The notes below the pieces were generated by a model. The model was not told the origin of the DNA. It did not search any database and saw only the letters and a list, made by a program, of their open reading frames with translations. A DNA stretch of 64,000 nt from Methanobacteriota archaeon (lineage in GTDB: Archaea > Thermoplasmatota > Poseidoniia > Poseidoniales > Poseidoniaceae): assembly GCA_002726495.1 (NCBI GenBank), contig PBTH01000062.1:9239-73238 (forward strand), read 5' to 3'. This document shows positions 50,491 to 60,051 of this stretch, piece by piece (within the stretch, counting starts at the first letter, position 1; the number at the start of each line of letters is the position of its first letter). The position numbers were made by a program, and so were the translations under genes.

Positions 50491-51111
50491 TTACCAAAAG
50501 GTATTATTTTCATTTGATCCCTCGTCCTTAGGTATTGATTGAACACCCTCTGAGTCCAATGAATCCAGCGGAACCAATTGATTTTGAACATCCAAATTAA
50601 GAATCCTTTCAACATCATGGCCACGGTTATTGAACAGGAAACGATTGATTTTTGAAGCAATAACCTCAAGTCGTCGGCGTCCAAAGATTGAAACGAATTC
50701 GAATGGTTCTCCCGTCTTGAACACAAGTTTGAGTTCCTCAACGGTATGAACTTGTCCACTTTCGCTGTCAACATACTCCCTGGTTATGAATTTCGCAGCT
50801 CGCATCTCAGACACACGTCCCGCTTCTACCCAAGACAAGGACAACAGCAAAAACGTCTGATGATACCTAAAGAGGTCCGTTTTCGCGTTAAAGTGATATG
50901 TCTTACCAGTGCTTAGGATTGTTATGAGAAAAAATAGAACTCCAATAAGTTGTGTTTGAAAGGCTTCAAAGGGGTGCGAAAAGGCAAACATTACAAACAA
51001 AAAACTGAATGCGAAACCGGATAATGTTTTTCGCGTGGTATCCCAAACAAAACCAAGATACAATTCATCTGAACCCGCAGCATCCACCACATCTTCGACG
51101 GGAACGGTCAT
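50491..51111 (-). CDS. Two-TM hypothetical protein
   Basis: 206-aa ORF with two hydrophobic helices, co-oriented with neighbours. Confidence 0.5.
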   Translation of the reverse strand: MTVPVEDVVDAAGSDELYLGFVWDTTRKTLSGFAFSFLFVMFAFSHPFEAFQTQLIGVLFFLITILSTGKTYHFNAKTDLFRYHQTFLLLSLSWVEAGRVSEMRAAKFITREYVDSESGQVHTVEELKLVFKTGEPFEFVSIFGRRRLEVIASKINRFLFNNRGHDVERILNLDVQNQLVPLDSLDSEGVQSIPKDEGSNENNTFW

Positions 51112-51120
51112 GAAATTCCC

Positions 51121-54100
51121 TCACGATTGGAAGGGAAGCCATTCTTGAGAAGCAGCATCAAAGTACGAAAGATTGCCTTCGGCATCACGGGACCAATGTA
51201 CACCGTTCTCTTCCCATTGTTCTACATTTGATTCAATGGAAGGGAGGGCTTTGTCTTCGCTTGCTGCATATTGCTCGGATGCAGCATCGGTCGTCACGTT
51301 GGAATCGAACATTGTGCTTGTATCGTCCGGTTTACGCATGAACATGAAGCCAGCGCCACCTGCAAGAGCGAGTACCAAGAGTGTGATGATTCCATAGAGC
51401 ATTCCGTTGCCGGAATCTGCGACCTCGGTAACCGAGCGAGTTGCATCTTCAGGGTAAGCATCCAGACGGTCTGCAACACCGTCTCCATCGGTATCCAGAG
51501 ATTCGTTAGCATTGAATTTGAAATCGTCCTCTGCGTCACTTACTCCATCACCATCAGAATCCAACTGCAGTAATGCACAGCCATTGGCATCAATGAGTTC
51601 GCCTGCGGGGGTGTTCGGGCAATTGTCAAGATGGTTTTTGATACCGTCTTCATCATCGTCTTTTTGTTGCTCAGCACACCCGTCAAGGTCCACTGGTTGC
51701 GTGATTGGTGTGTCGGGGCATTGGTCCACATTGTTCATGATATCATCCAAATCTTCGTCCTTTTGAGAGTCAGAACAACCATCGCTATCCGGTTGTTCAC
51801 CCGCAGGGGTAACCGGACATACATCACTGGCATCAGAAATTCCGTCATTATCAGCGTCCAACTGGTTGGTTGCGCAACCAAGGAGGTTGACACTCAATCC
51901 ATTTCCAGTACCCGGGCAATTATCAACATCATCAGCAACTGTATCTCCATCCGTATCCTTCTGAGATGGGGCGCAGCCTTGAGCATCTGCAACCTCATTG
52001 GTTGGAGTTGAATCACAAATATCGCTTGCGTCAACAACGTTGTCTCCATCGGTATCTCTCTCATTTGCAGCACAGCCAACGCCGTTAACCGGCAAACCTG
52101 CGGTGGTGGTTGGGCAAAGATCTCTGTCGTCGGTAATGTCGTCGTCATCGGTATCGAGTTGACTGAGGGCGCATCCTGCTGCATCAACGGTTAGCCCAAG
52201 AGGCGTATTTGGACATGCATCAAATGCATTCATGACCATGTCGCTATCGCTGTCCTCTTGACTTGAGGAGCAACCTACATTGTCAACTTGTTCTCCAGCT
52301 GGCGTTCCTGGGCAAGCATCACTTGCGTCGTTAACTCCATCCATATCGCCATCGAGTTGAGATGCAGCACAGCCGTTTGAATCAACAGATTGGCCGGCTG
52401 GTGTACCGAGACATTGGTCCCCGTTGACACCACTGGCATTGTCGCCGTATCCGTCATTATCTTGGTCGGCCCACTGAGTCGGGTCATTCGGGAACGCATC
52501 GCCATTCAAACCGGCTGCATTATCACCGTAACTATCGCCATCCGAATCACTCCATTGGGTTGAGTCCAATGGGAAGGCGTCGGGGTTGTTACCTGCTTGA
52601 TTGTCACCAAATCCATCTCCATCTTCATCAAACCATTGCGTGTTATCACTTGGGAATTGATCTCCATTGTTTCCATTTGGATTGTCACCGTAGCCATCAC
52701 CATCTGCGTCTTCCCACTGAGTTGAGTCGCTTGGGAAAGCGTCGGGTGTTGTTCCTGATGGATTATCACCATAACCATCACCATCTGCATCGGACCATTG
52801 TGTAGAATCACTTGGGAAAGCGTCGCCGTTAGTCCCCGAGGGGTTGTCGCCATACCCGTCTCCATCGGAGTCTTCCCATTGGGTTGAATCCGCTGGCCAT
52901 GCATCGGGGTAGTTACCTGTGGCATTGTCCCCATAACCATCACCGTCTGAGTCTGACCATTGGGTTGAATCGGTAGGGAATGCATCAGGATAGTTGCCCG
53001 TTGCGTTATCTCCATATCCATCACCGTCTACATCGGACCATTGAGTTGAGTCGTTAGGGAAAGCATCAGGGGAGTTTCCACTTGCATTGTCCCCATACCC
53101 GTCTCCATCCATGTCTGAATACTGAGTGGAATCATAGGGGAATGCGTCGATGTTGTCGTTGTATCCATCGTTATCACTGTCTTTTTGATCCAATGCACAG
53201 CCGGACAAGTCAACCGTTGCTCCGGGGGTTGTATTGGGACACAGGTCCAATTCATTCGCAACACCATCGCCGTCATCGTCGATGGAAAGAACGAAACAAT
53301 CTGAATCTCCGATGAGTTGAACATTCACGGCCGAGTAGAGGTCAGCAAAGACACAGTAGGTACCTGATGAGGATGGTGTGGTGTAATTGAAGTAGGGCAA
53401 GGACATGTTTTGTGCAGTAGCAGTTACAGAAGTTAACGTTGAAAGCGCTATGTTCGCGCCCGATGAATCCTCAACCCGATATTGATATTTGTAACTGTCA
53501 CCTGTTACCAAATCTAAGCCTTCAGCCCTAACGTTATTGGTTGAAGCAGTGGAACTTGCAGAATAGGAATTGATCACCAATGCTGGCAGCTGAGGGATGA
53601 ATTCAACAAAATGGTCACCGGTGATATTGTCACTGGTGTCAATGTTAACTACAGAATTATTGAGAGAGAGTTCAACATAGAACATGTGGTCATTCATGGT
53701 CGTTGGTCCAGCCCAAGTGATTTGATGGCTTATCGATGAATTAACTGGAGTAAAGGTCCAAGTGTCTGAATCGATCATTGAAGCGTTGATGGCTGTGTTT
53801 GTATCGTTTGAGACAGTGAAATTATTAAACAACTCTTGATAATCCAAGGTAATCCAACGCAATGAATAATCTGTTCCTATGGAAAGATTGGTCAAGAAAA
53901 TATCACCAGTTGTTGAGGATGTCGCTGATGCTTCAACCATCTCAAGGTACACTTCACCCATGCCGCTATTCAAGGCCATTCCTGAAGCATCGCTTAGGGT
54001 TGATGAAACCATGAGGTCGGATTCGGCCAATGTCGTTTGAATTGAAATGTTCACCGAATGTGTGGTATTGGTTGCGTTGAATGTACCGTTTGAGGAGGCA

Positions 54101-55185
54101 GCCCAAACTTCACCATCGTCAAGATACATTTGACCGTAGGATGAATTGTAAGAATAATTTGTTCCAACGGTAAGACCTGAGAATGTAAGCATTGCAGAGG
54201 TTCTATTGGTGATGCTAACCTCCACTAGTTCCATACTTTGACCGCCACCAGGATTGTCGGTTGTGATTTCAATATCATAGATGTTCGTCGCAGAAGACCA
54301 TCCGTAAACATCAAGATACGTAGTTTGATTAGAAGAAGCAGTTACCTGCATCGATTCAACATTCGAAGTCCCACCAGAACTCGATAGATAACTTCCAGAA
54401 GCCGAATCCCATCCAGTGTCAATGTCACCACCGACATGGTTGAAGGTGATGTTGGCGTAGTAAGTGACGCCGCTGATCATGTCAATTTGGAAGTAATCAA
54501 CATCGGTTGATGAGTCAATGGAAAGTCCAGTACATGTCAAGGGTAGAAGTGAAGCTTGCGAGGCAGTTGCCGTCGTATCATTCGGTTCAAGAATATCAGA
54601 AGCGAGCGTGTTGTTTCCAGAGCAGTTTGTCACTGATGAGCCGTTACCACCGCCACCAGTACCACTACTAACGGTGAATTTGTTTAACGTTAGATTCCAA
54701 CTGCCCACTCCAGCATAACGTGAGATCTCGATGTAAACCATTCCTCCATGGGCGCTGGTCGTATTTGTGGTCAATGTTTCGGGATTGTTTGCGTAGGAGT
54801 CATCGAGGTAGGTGAGATTGGCATCATAAAACAAGAGGTCAAAGTCGTTGAGAACCGTAGTCCCGTTTGCAAAAGTCGTGGACGATGGGAAGGAAAGCGA
54901 AGCATACAGGCCTTGATTGGCGGTTAACGCTACTCTGAGATAATCGGAATCATCACCGTAATCGAGTTCTCCGTTGCCATTGTAGGTCCCTGAAAAGATG
55001 TAATTGGTGATATTAACCGTCGTGTTATCGGGTAGATCTCCGCCAGAACCGAGGTCATTTTGGTTAACACCCACGGCAGAAACACCGGGAGTCGTTAGAG
55101 ATAGGAGTGAAGTAATCATCAACATTAGGGCTACCGAAATAGACCTTGCGGGCTGATTGCTCTTCGGATTAGGACGTTGCGCCAT
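51121..55185 (-). CDS. Large TSP3-repeat cell-surface protein with PPC-like domains
   Basis: Signal peptide; EPND..DVDYF PPC-like domains; many DxDGDG repeats; C-terminal TM helix and Trp-rich tail. Confidence 0.8.
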   Translation of the reverse strand: MAQRPNPKSNQPARSISVALMLMITSLLSLTTPGVSAVGVNQNDLGSGGDLPDNTTVNITNYIFSGTYNGNGELDYGDDSDYLRVALTANQGLYASLSFPSSTTFANGTTVLNDFDLLFYDANLTYLDDSYANNPETLTTNTTSAHGGMVYIEISRYAGVGSWNLTLNKFTVSSGTGGGGNGSSVTNCSGNNTLASDILEPNDTTATASQASLLPLTCTGLSIDSSTDVDYFQIDMISGVTYYANITFNHVGGDIDTGWDSASGSYLSSSGGTSNVESMQVTASSNQTTYLDVYGWSSATNIYDIEITTDNPGGGQSMELVEVSITNRTSAMLTFSGLTVGTNYSYNSSYGQMYLDDGEVWAASSNGTFNATNTTHSVNISIQTTLAESDLMVSSTLSDASGMALNSGMGEVYLEMVEASATSSTTGDIFLTNLSIGTDYSLRWITLDYQELFNNFTVSNDTNTAINASMIDSDTWTFTPVNSSISHQITWAGPTTMNDHMFYVELSLNNSVVNIDTSDNITGDHFVEFIPQLPALVINSYSASSTASTNNVRAEGLDLVTGDSYKYQYRVEDSSGANIALSTLTSVTATAQNMSLPYFNYTTPSSSGTYCVFADLYSAVNVQLIGDSDCFVLSIDDDGDGVANELDLCPNTTPGATVDLSGCALDQKDSDNDGYNDNIDAFPYDSTQYSDMDGDGYGDNASGNSPDAFPNDSTQWSDVDGDGYGDNATGNYPDAFPTDSTQWSDSDGDGYGDNATGNYPDAWPADSTQWEDSDGDGYGDNPSGTNGDAFPSDSTQWSDADGDGYGDNPSGTTPDAFPSDSTQWEDADGDGYGDNPNGNNGDQFPSDNTQWFDEDGDGFGDNQAGNNPDAFPLDSTQWSDSDGDSYGDNAAGLNGDAFPNDPTQWADQDNDGYGDNASGVNGDQCLGTPAGQSVDSNGCAASQLDGDMDGVNDASDACPGTPAGEQVDNVGCSSSQEDSDSDMVMNAFDACPNTPLGLTVDAAGCALSQLDTDDDDITDDRDLCPTTTAGLPVNGVGCAANERDTDGDNVVDASDICDSTPTNEVADAQGCAPSQKDTDGDTVADDVDNCPGTGNGLSVNLLGCATNQLDADNDGISDASDVCPVTPAGEQPDSDGCSDSQKDEDLDDIMNNVDQCPDTPITQPVDLDGCAEQQKDDDEDGIKNHLDNCPNTPAGELIDANGCALLQLDSDGDGVSDAEDDFKFNANESLDTDGDGVADRLDAYPEDATRSVTEVADSGNGMLYGIITLLVLALAGGAGFMFMRKPDDTSTMFDSNVTTDAASEQYAASEDKALPSIESNVEQWEENGVHWSRDAEGNLSYFDAASQEWLPFQS
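51430..53280 (-). repeat. Coding TSP3-like Ca-binding repeats (23-aa DAFP.DSTQW.D.DGDGYGDN type and Cys-containing D.CP.T..GC type)
   Basis: Visible in the translation; about 69-bp periodicity in 52440-53165. Confidence 0.85.
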
Positions 55186-55233
55186 GACCTACCTACATGT
55201 GCAGGGTTTATCAGCCTCACCACTGCATTGCGA

Positions 55234-55473
55234 TTAAATTGCAGTTGGAGCAACATGACCGTCTTTCTTGTCATCGGGCTTACGTACTCGGGACCAGACG
55301 CCTCCCATGAGTTTTTCATGGCAGCCGGCACAATAATGGAAACGGCGATAGGCCTCTCGGAACGAGTAGGCTTTCTTACCAGTAGCAACCAAGTAACCTT
55401 CTGGAGACAAGCGTGAGACTACTGTACCACCCTCTCCACACCCAGGCAAGTCGCAAACCGGTTCATTCGTCAT
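55234..55473 (-). CDS. Small putative zinc-binding protein
   Basis: MTNEPVCDLPGC..YCAGCH; fills the gap downstream of the biotin carrier gene. Confidence 0.5.
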   Translation of the reverse strand: MTNEPVCDLPGCGEGGTVVSRLSPEGYLVATGKKAYSFREAYRRFHYCAGCHEKLMGGVWSRVRKPDDKKDGHVAPTAI

Positions 55474-55528
55474 GTTAGAGACTCCACTTTTATGATTCAT
55501 TAACTCTTGCCTTGGACCAACAAAATTT

Positions 55529-55939
55529 TCAATCTTCTTCATCCGGTTCTTGAACCGGTTCGATGACGACCAAGGGGACGTTTGCTTCAATGGCCTCACC
55601 TTCATCGCAATGAACAGAAATCACAGTCCCGGAAACAGGTGCTTGTATCTCATTTTGCATCTTCATGGCTTCAAGTATCAAAATGACTTGACCTTCTGAA
55701 ACCTCGTCTCCTTCCGAAACTTCTACCGTGACAACCTTGCCTGGTATATTGGCTGAAACTGTTCCAGATTTTTTCTTCTTTCCGCCACCTGAGCGACGTT
55801 GTTTTGGAGCAGGGGGGGCATCAGGCATTTCAATTTCGAAGGTCTTCCCTTCAACGGTAGCCTTCCAAGATGTACCCTCTCCTTCAAGTTCAACTTCATA
55901 TTCCGTACCATTGACGATAATTTTTCGTGTTTCAGACAT
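55529..55939 (-). CDS. Biotin carboxyl carrier protein
   Basis: LEAMKMQNEI biotinylation motif. Confidence 0.92.
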   Translation of the reverse strand: MSETRKIIVNGTEYEVELEGEGTSWKATVEGKTFEIEMPDAPPAPKQRRSGGGKKKKSGTVSANIPGKVVTVEVSEGDEVSEGQVILILEAMKMQNEIQAPVSGTVISVHCDEGEAIEANVPLVVIEPVQEPDEED

Positions 55940-55943
55940 ACAA

Positions 55944-56132
55944 TTACCTCCATGGTGAACGTTGACTTCGGGCGTGCATCAATGAAGAGCGGCCTGTAAC
56001 CATTCGCCGATGGTCCTGGGACCATGCTTTTCCAAGGTGACGAGCGACCTCCGCAGGATCTTCACCCTGCTGTTGAGTGACGGCCAAGACCGCAGCAATG
56101 GCTGCCATTCGTAATTCATCTTCCTTTGTCAT
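55944..56132 (-). CDS. Small acyl-CoA carboxylase-associated subunit (epsilon/PccX-like)
   Basis: AAIAAVLA..W..RR pattern; lies between the carboxyltransferase and biotin carrier genes. Confidence 0.6.
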   Translation of the reverse strand: MTKEDELRMAAIAAVLAVTQQQGEDPAEVARHLGKAWSQDHRRMVTGRSSLMHARSQRSPWR

Positions 56133-56141
56133 CAAAAAACC

Positions 56142-57695
56142 TCACAATGGTATGTTCCCATGCTTCCGAGCAGGCCGGAGTTCTTCCTTATCCTTGAGCA
56201 TCGCAAGTGCCTTGCACAATTTTTGACGGGTTTGATTTGGCTCAATCACATCATCTAGATACCCCAAGGCTGCTGCTTTGTATGGATTCGCAAAGGTTTC
56301 TTTGAAATCTTCAGTTAAGCGTTCACGCTCTTGTTCTTGATTTCTTGAATGAGCAATTCTACGACGATGTATAATCTCAACAGCTCCATCGGCCCCCATA
56401 ACGGCCAACTCAGCACTCGGCCATGCCACGTTGTAATCTCCACGGATGTGTTTACTCGACATGACATCGTAAGCACCGCCGTATGCTTTACGGAGAATTA
56501 CAGTCAACTTAGGTACGGTCGCCTCAGCAAAAGCATAGAGAAGTTTTGCACCGTGTCGGATGATTCCACCCCATTCTTGATTGGTTCCTGGAAGGAAGCC
56601 TGGAACATCTTCAAACGTGATCAAAGGGATGTTGAATGCATCACAGAATCGAACAAAGCGTGCGGCTTTATCGCTTGCATCAATATCCAAACAACCTGCA
56701 AGGACTTTTGGTTGATTCGCCACAATTCCAACGGTATTGCCATCAAGATGGCCAAAACCAATGACGATATTTTGGGCCCATTCAGATTGAACTTCCATGA
56801 AACCGCCGTCATCAAGAACCTCGGTGATAACATCAACAACATCGTAAGGTTTTGATGAATCTTCTGGGATAATTGTATCAAGGGATTCACAAAGACGGTC
56901 CCTTGAATCACTAGTTTTCTTGATTGGTGGCCGTTCAAGATTGTTTTGTGGTAGCATGTCACACAAATCACGAGCCATTGCAATGGCGTCTTCATCATCT
57001 GATGCTGTAAAGTGTGAAACTCCAGATTTAGAACCGTGGGTAGAAGCACCGCCAAGGTCCTCAAATGAAACCACTTCGTTGGTGACGGTTTTGATCACTT
57101 CAGGACCGGTGATGAACATGTGAGCGGTTTGGTCAACCATGATTACAAAATCTGTAATTGCTGGCGAGTAAACTGCACCACCGGCACATGGACCCATAAT
57201 AACAGAAATTTGAGGTACGACCCCCGAGGCCCTGACATTTCGGAAGAAAATCTCGGCATAGGATCCGAGAGAAGCAACGCCTTCCTGTATTCTCGCGCCC
57301 CCCGAATCGTTCATCCCAATAACGGGACGTCCGGTTTTGAGCGCCATATCCAGAACCTTGCAGATTTTCAAACCGTGCATCTCACCAAGTGAACCACCGT
57401 AAACGGTGAAGTCTTGGGCGAACGCAAACACTTCTCTTCCATTGATGGTCCCATGGCCGGTGACGACGCCATCACCAGGAATTACATTCTTGTCCATGTT
57501 GAAATCACGGCATCGGTGTTCAACAAGGGCATCAATTTCCTGGAAACTTCCATCGTCGAGCAACATCTCGAGACGTTCTCTTGCTGTCATTTTACCGCGG
57601 TTATGCTGAGCATCAACCCGTGCTTGACCGCCTCCAGCCTCGCTTCGAGACTTACGATTTCTGAGGTCTTTAAGACGCTCTTCTGTACTTGACAT
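56142..57695 (-). CDS. pccB: Propionyl-/methylmalonyl-CoA carboxyltransferase (PccB/MmdA family)
   Basis: [54 protein letters not shown]. Confidence 0.9.
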   Translation of the reverse strand: MSSTEERLKDLRNRKSRSEAGGGQARVDAQHNRGKMTARERLEMLLDDGSFQEIDALVEHRCRDFNMDKNVIPGDGVVTGHGTINGREVFAFAQDFTVYGGSLGEMHGLKICKVLDMALKTGRPVIGMNDSGGARIQEGVASLGSYAEIFFRNVRASGVVPQISVIMGPCAGGAVYSPAITDFVIMVDQTAHMFITGPEVIKTVTNEVVSFEDLGGASTHGSKSGVSHFTASDDEDAIAMARDLCDMLPQNNLERPPIKKTSDSRDRLCESLDTIIPEDSSKPYDVVDVITEVLDDGGFMEVQSEWAQNIVIGFGHLDGNTVGIVANQPKVLAGCLDIDASDKAARFVRFCDAFNIPLITFEDVPGFLPGTNQEWGGIIRHGAKLLYAFAEATVPKLTVILRKAYGGAYDVMSSKHIRGDYNVAWPSAELAVMGADGAVEIIHRRRIAHSRNQEQERERLTEDFKETFANPYKAAALGYLDDVIEPNQTRQKLCKALAMLKDKEELRPARKHGNIPL

Positions 57696-57830
57696 GGACT
57701 TCCCCCTTCCTATGGATGAAAACGCCGCCCTTATGCGTTGCTCTTGTAATTCGCTGAAAATGGGCGTTGAAGAGGGTTTTAGATTCCCCCCAAGGGGCGC
57801 GTTGATAGGGAGGCGCCTCTTCCTAAGTCC

Positions 57831-58277
57831 ATGGCCCAACCGCTGCGTATTGTCGTTGCCAAGCCCGGACTTGATGGTCATGACCGAGGTGCAAAGGTAG
57901 TGGCGCGTACACTTCGTGATGCAGGGCACGAAGTGATTTACACTGGACTTCGGAGGACTGCCCAACAGATTGTTGAAACCGTTCGCGATGAAGATGCTCG
58001 TTTCCTGGGCCTCTCTTCGCTTTCAGGCGCTCACAGTCACCTCTTCCCCAAAGTGTGTGAACTGCTCAAGCAAGAAGGACTTGAGGATGTCATCGTATTC
58101 GGAGGTGGAATCATACCTCATGAAGACCGTGCTGATTTGTTTGCGGCCGGTATCAAAGCAATATTCGGACCGGGAACACCGACTGCTGAAATTCTAGATT
58201 TTATCCAACATGCGAATGCTATGGATGATGCTGGCGTAGGCCAAGAAAACGACTGGCATTGGGAATCTAAAGCATAG
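57831..58277 (+). CDS. Methylmalonyl-CoA mutase cobalamin-binding subunit
   Basis: [28 protein letters not shown]. Confidence 0.93.
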   Translation: MAQPLRIVVAKPGLDGHDRGAKVVARTLRDAGHEVIYTGLRRTAQQIVETVRDEDARFLGLSSLSGAHSHLFPKVCELLKQEGLEDVIVFGGGIIPHEDRADLFAAGIKAIFGPGTPTAEILDFIQHANAMDDAGVGQENDWHWESKA

Positions 58278-58287
58278 GTGTCTCATC

Positions 58288-59190
58288 ATGAACGATGAAA
58301 TTTCCCGAGCACTCAACGGTGAACGGCGAGCTCTTGCAAGGGTGCTTTCCGCCATTGAAAATAGGACAGTTTCAATTGAGGAAATGAGCGGCAGTGACAG
58401 TTCGAGTACCGAGGATATCATGTGGAGTACCATGGCAATTACAGGCGCCCCAGGAGTCGGAAAGTCTGTTCTCGTTGACGCTTTGATGACTCTGTGGGCA
58501 AAACAAGGCCATCGTATAGCATTGCTCGCCGTCGATCCAAGTTCACCAAGAACTGGTGGGGCGTTATTGGGAGACCGGGTACGAATGACATCTGTTGACA
58601 ATCCGGCTATCAAGGACCAGGTATATGTCCGCTCAATTGCAACACGAACGGCATCTGGAAGTGTCCCTCTCATTGTTGAAGACATGGCTTCTTTCCTTCA
58701 TTCATGTGGATGGAACCGGGTGCTCATAGAGACCGTTGGCTCGGGACAGTCGGAACTGCGCTGCGCTGCTGTTGCAGACCGAATTGTTGTTGTTGAAGGG
58801 CCAGCCCGCGGAGATGGAATCCAAGCGGAGAAGGCTGGATTGCTCGAACTTGCTGATGCTGTTCTTGTCAACAAAGCCGACCTTGACGGAGCGAAAAAAC
58901 ACGCTTCCGAACTTCAAGAATCGTTCGCGCTTGGACAAAACGAAGCACCTCCAGTTCTGCTCACTTCTGGCCTCCAAGGAATCGGAATTGAGCAGGCTGC
59001 CGAGATGTTGTTTGAACTGAAAGCCTCCGACAGAGCAACCAAGGCAAGGATGAGGGAGCGACTTCTTGCCCGTCATGAGCGCCGGCTGGTCAACCACCCC
59101 TCCTATAATGAGTGTTTGAAGCGGCTTACGGAGGGGACAATTGATATTGAGAATGCACTTTCAATCCTCCAAGGGGAGCATGATGAGTGA
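58288..59190 (+). CDS. meaB: MeaB/ArgK GTPase, mutase chaperone
   Basis: GAPGVGKS, AVDPSSP.TGGALLGDRVRM, ETVGSGQSE, NKAD. Confidence 0.9.
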   Translation: MNDEISRALNGERRALARVLSAIENRTVSIEEMSGSDSSSTEDIMWSTMAITGAPGVGKSVLVDALMTLWAKQGHRIALLAVDPSSPRTGGALLGDRVRMTSVDNPAIKDQVYVRSIATRTASGSVPLIVEDMASFLHSCGWNRVLIETVGSGQSELRCAAVADRIVVVEGPARGDGIQAEKAGLLELADAVLVNKADLDGAKKHASELQESFALGQNEAPPVLLTSGLQGIGIEQAAEMLFELKASDRATKARMRERLLARHERRLVNHPSYNECLKRLTEGTIDIENALSILQGEHDE

Positions 59191-59809
59191 CCAAGTTGAG
59201 CTGACCAACCCAGTAGATACCTCGGTTGGAGGCATGAAAGGCCACATCCTGCGTAGAACAATACACATTGGCATGTGTGCCATCCCTTTCGTTTACTTTT
59301 CTTGGGGCGAAAACGTGTCGTCCAAACTCGACATGGAACTGCAACAAATTGTTGCTTCTGTGATATTGATTGCGCTTGTTGCGGAAAGCATACGATTGAA
59401 ATTTGGGATTACGATCTTTGGACAGCGTGATTACGAAGCAACGCAGATCTCTGCACTTGCATGGGGGGCCTTCGGAATAGGAATGGTCCTTCTATTGGCC
59501 CCTCACGAGGCATATGCATACCCATTAATTCTGTCACTTGCACTGGGCGACCCATTGATGGGTGAACTGCGAAGAAAGGGTATCGAATCCCGTAAGGTCA
59601 TGATTTATTCAACGATATTGATACTCGCCATATGGCTTGCCTGCTCCGTTCAATTTGACACGCCCGTAGTGATCTCATTGATTCTAGCCCCCGTTTGTAT
59701 GATTTCTGAATGGCCCCGGCTGCGATACATTGATGACAACGCCACCATGCTTCTAATTCCTCTTTCTTTGATTTTAATTCTTGAACCGTTTTTCAAGGTC
59801 ATGGTTTGA
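59183..59809 (+). CDS. Polyprenol/dolichol kinase-like membrane protein
   Basis: RRTIH, LGDPLMG, IDDN motifs; multi-TM. Confidence 0.6.
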   Translation: MSDQVELTNPVDTSVGGMKGHILRRTIHIGMCAIPFVYFSWGENVSSKLDMELQQIVASVILIALVAESIRLKFGITIFGQRDYEATQISALAWGAFGIGMVLLLAPHEAYAYPLILSLALGDPLMGELRRKGIESRKVMIYSTILILAIWLACSVQFDTPVVISLILAPVCMISEWPRLRYIDDNATMLLIPLSLILILEPFFKVMV

Positions 59810-59884
59810 GTAGGGCACTCACGCATCAATTTCTCTCAACATATTCAAATGGGGGCTAGCCTTGGTTTCATTTGAGGAGAGCCC

Positions 59885-59995
59885 ATGTCCGATGAGCAAA
59901 CATCAAACGATCCACCCCAAAGTGCGTACTTCCTTGGCTTTGCCCTTGCAATAGTTCTTCTTGGAATTACCATGTTCCAATACCCACTTTGGTGA
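59885..59995 (+). CDS. Single-TM microprotein (36 aa)
   Basis: MSDEQTSNDPPQSAYFLGFALAIVLLGITMFQYPLW, preceded by GAGGAG. Confidence 0.5.
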   Translation: MSDEQTSNDPPQSAYFLGFALAIVLLGITMFQYPLW

Positions 59996-60051
59996 TTTTT
60001 TCATACAAGGATTGAACATTCCTTCAAAAAGGAAGCCACCAACCAAAGCAT

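Noticed and set aside
52440-53165. Regular ~69-bp periodicity resembling a CRISPR array
   Set aside because: The repeats are degenerate at synonymous positions and encode in-frame TSP3 repeats; no cas genes
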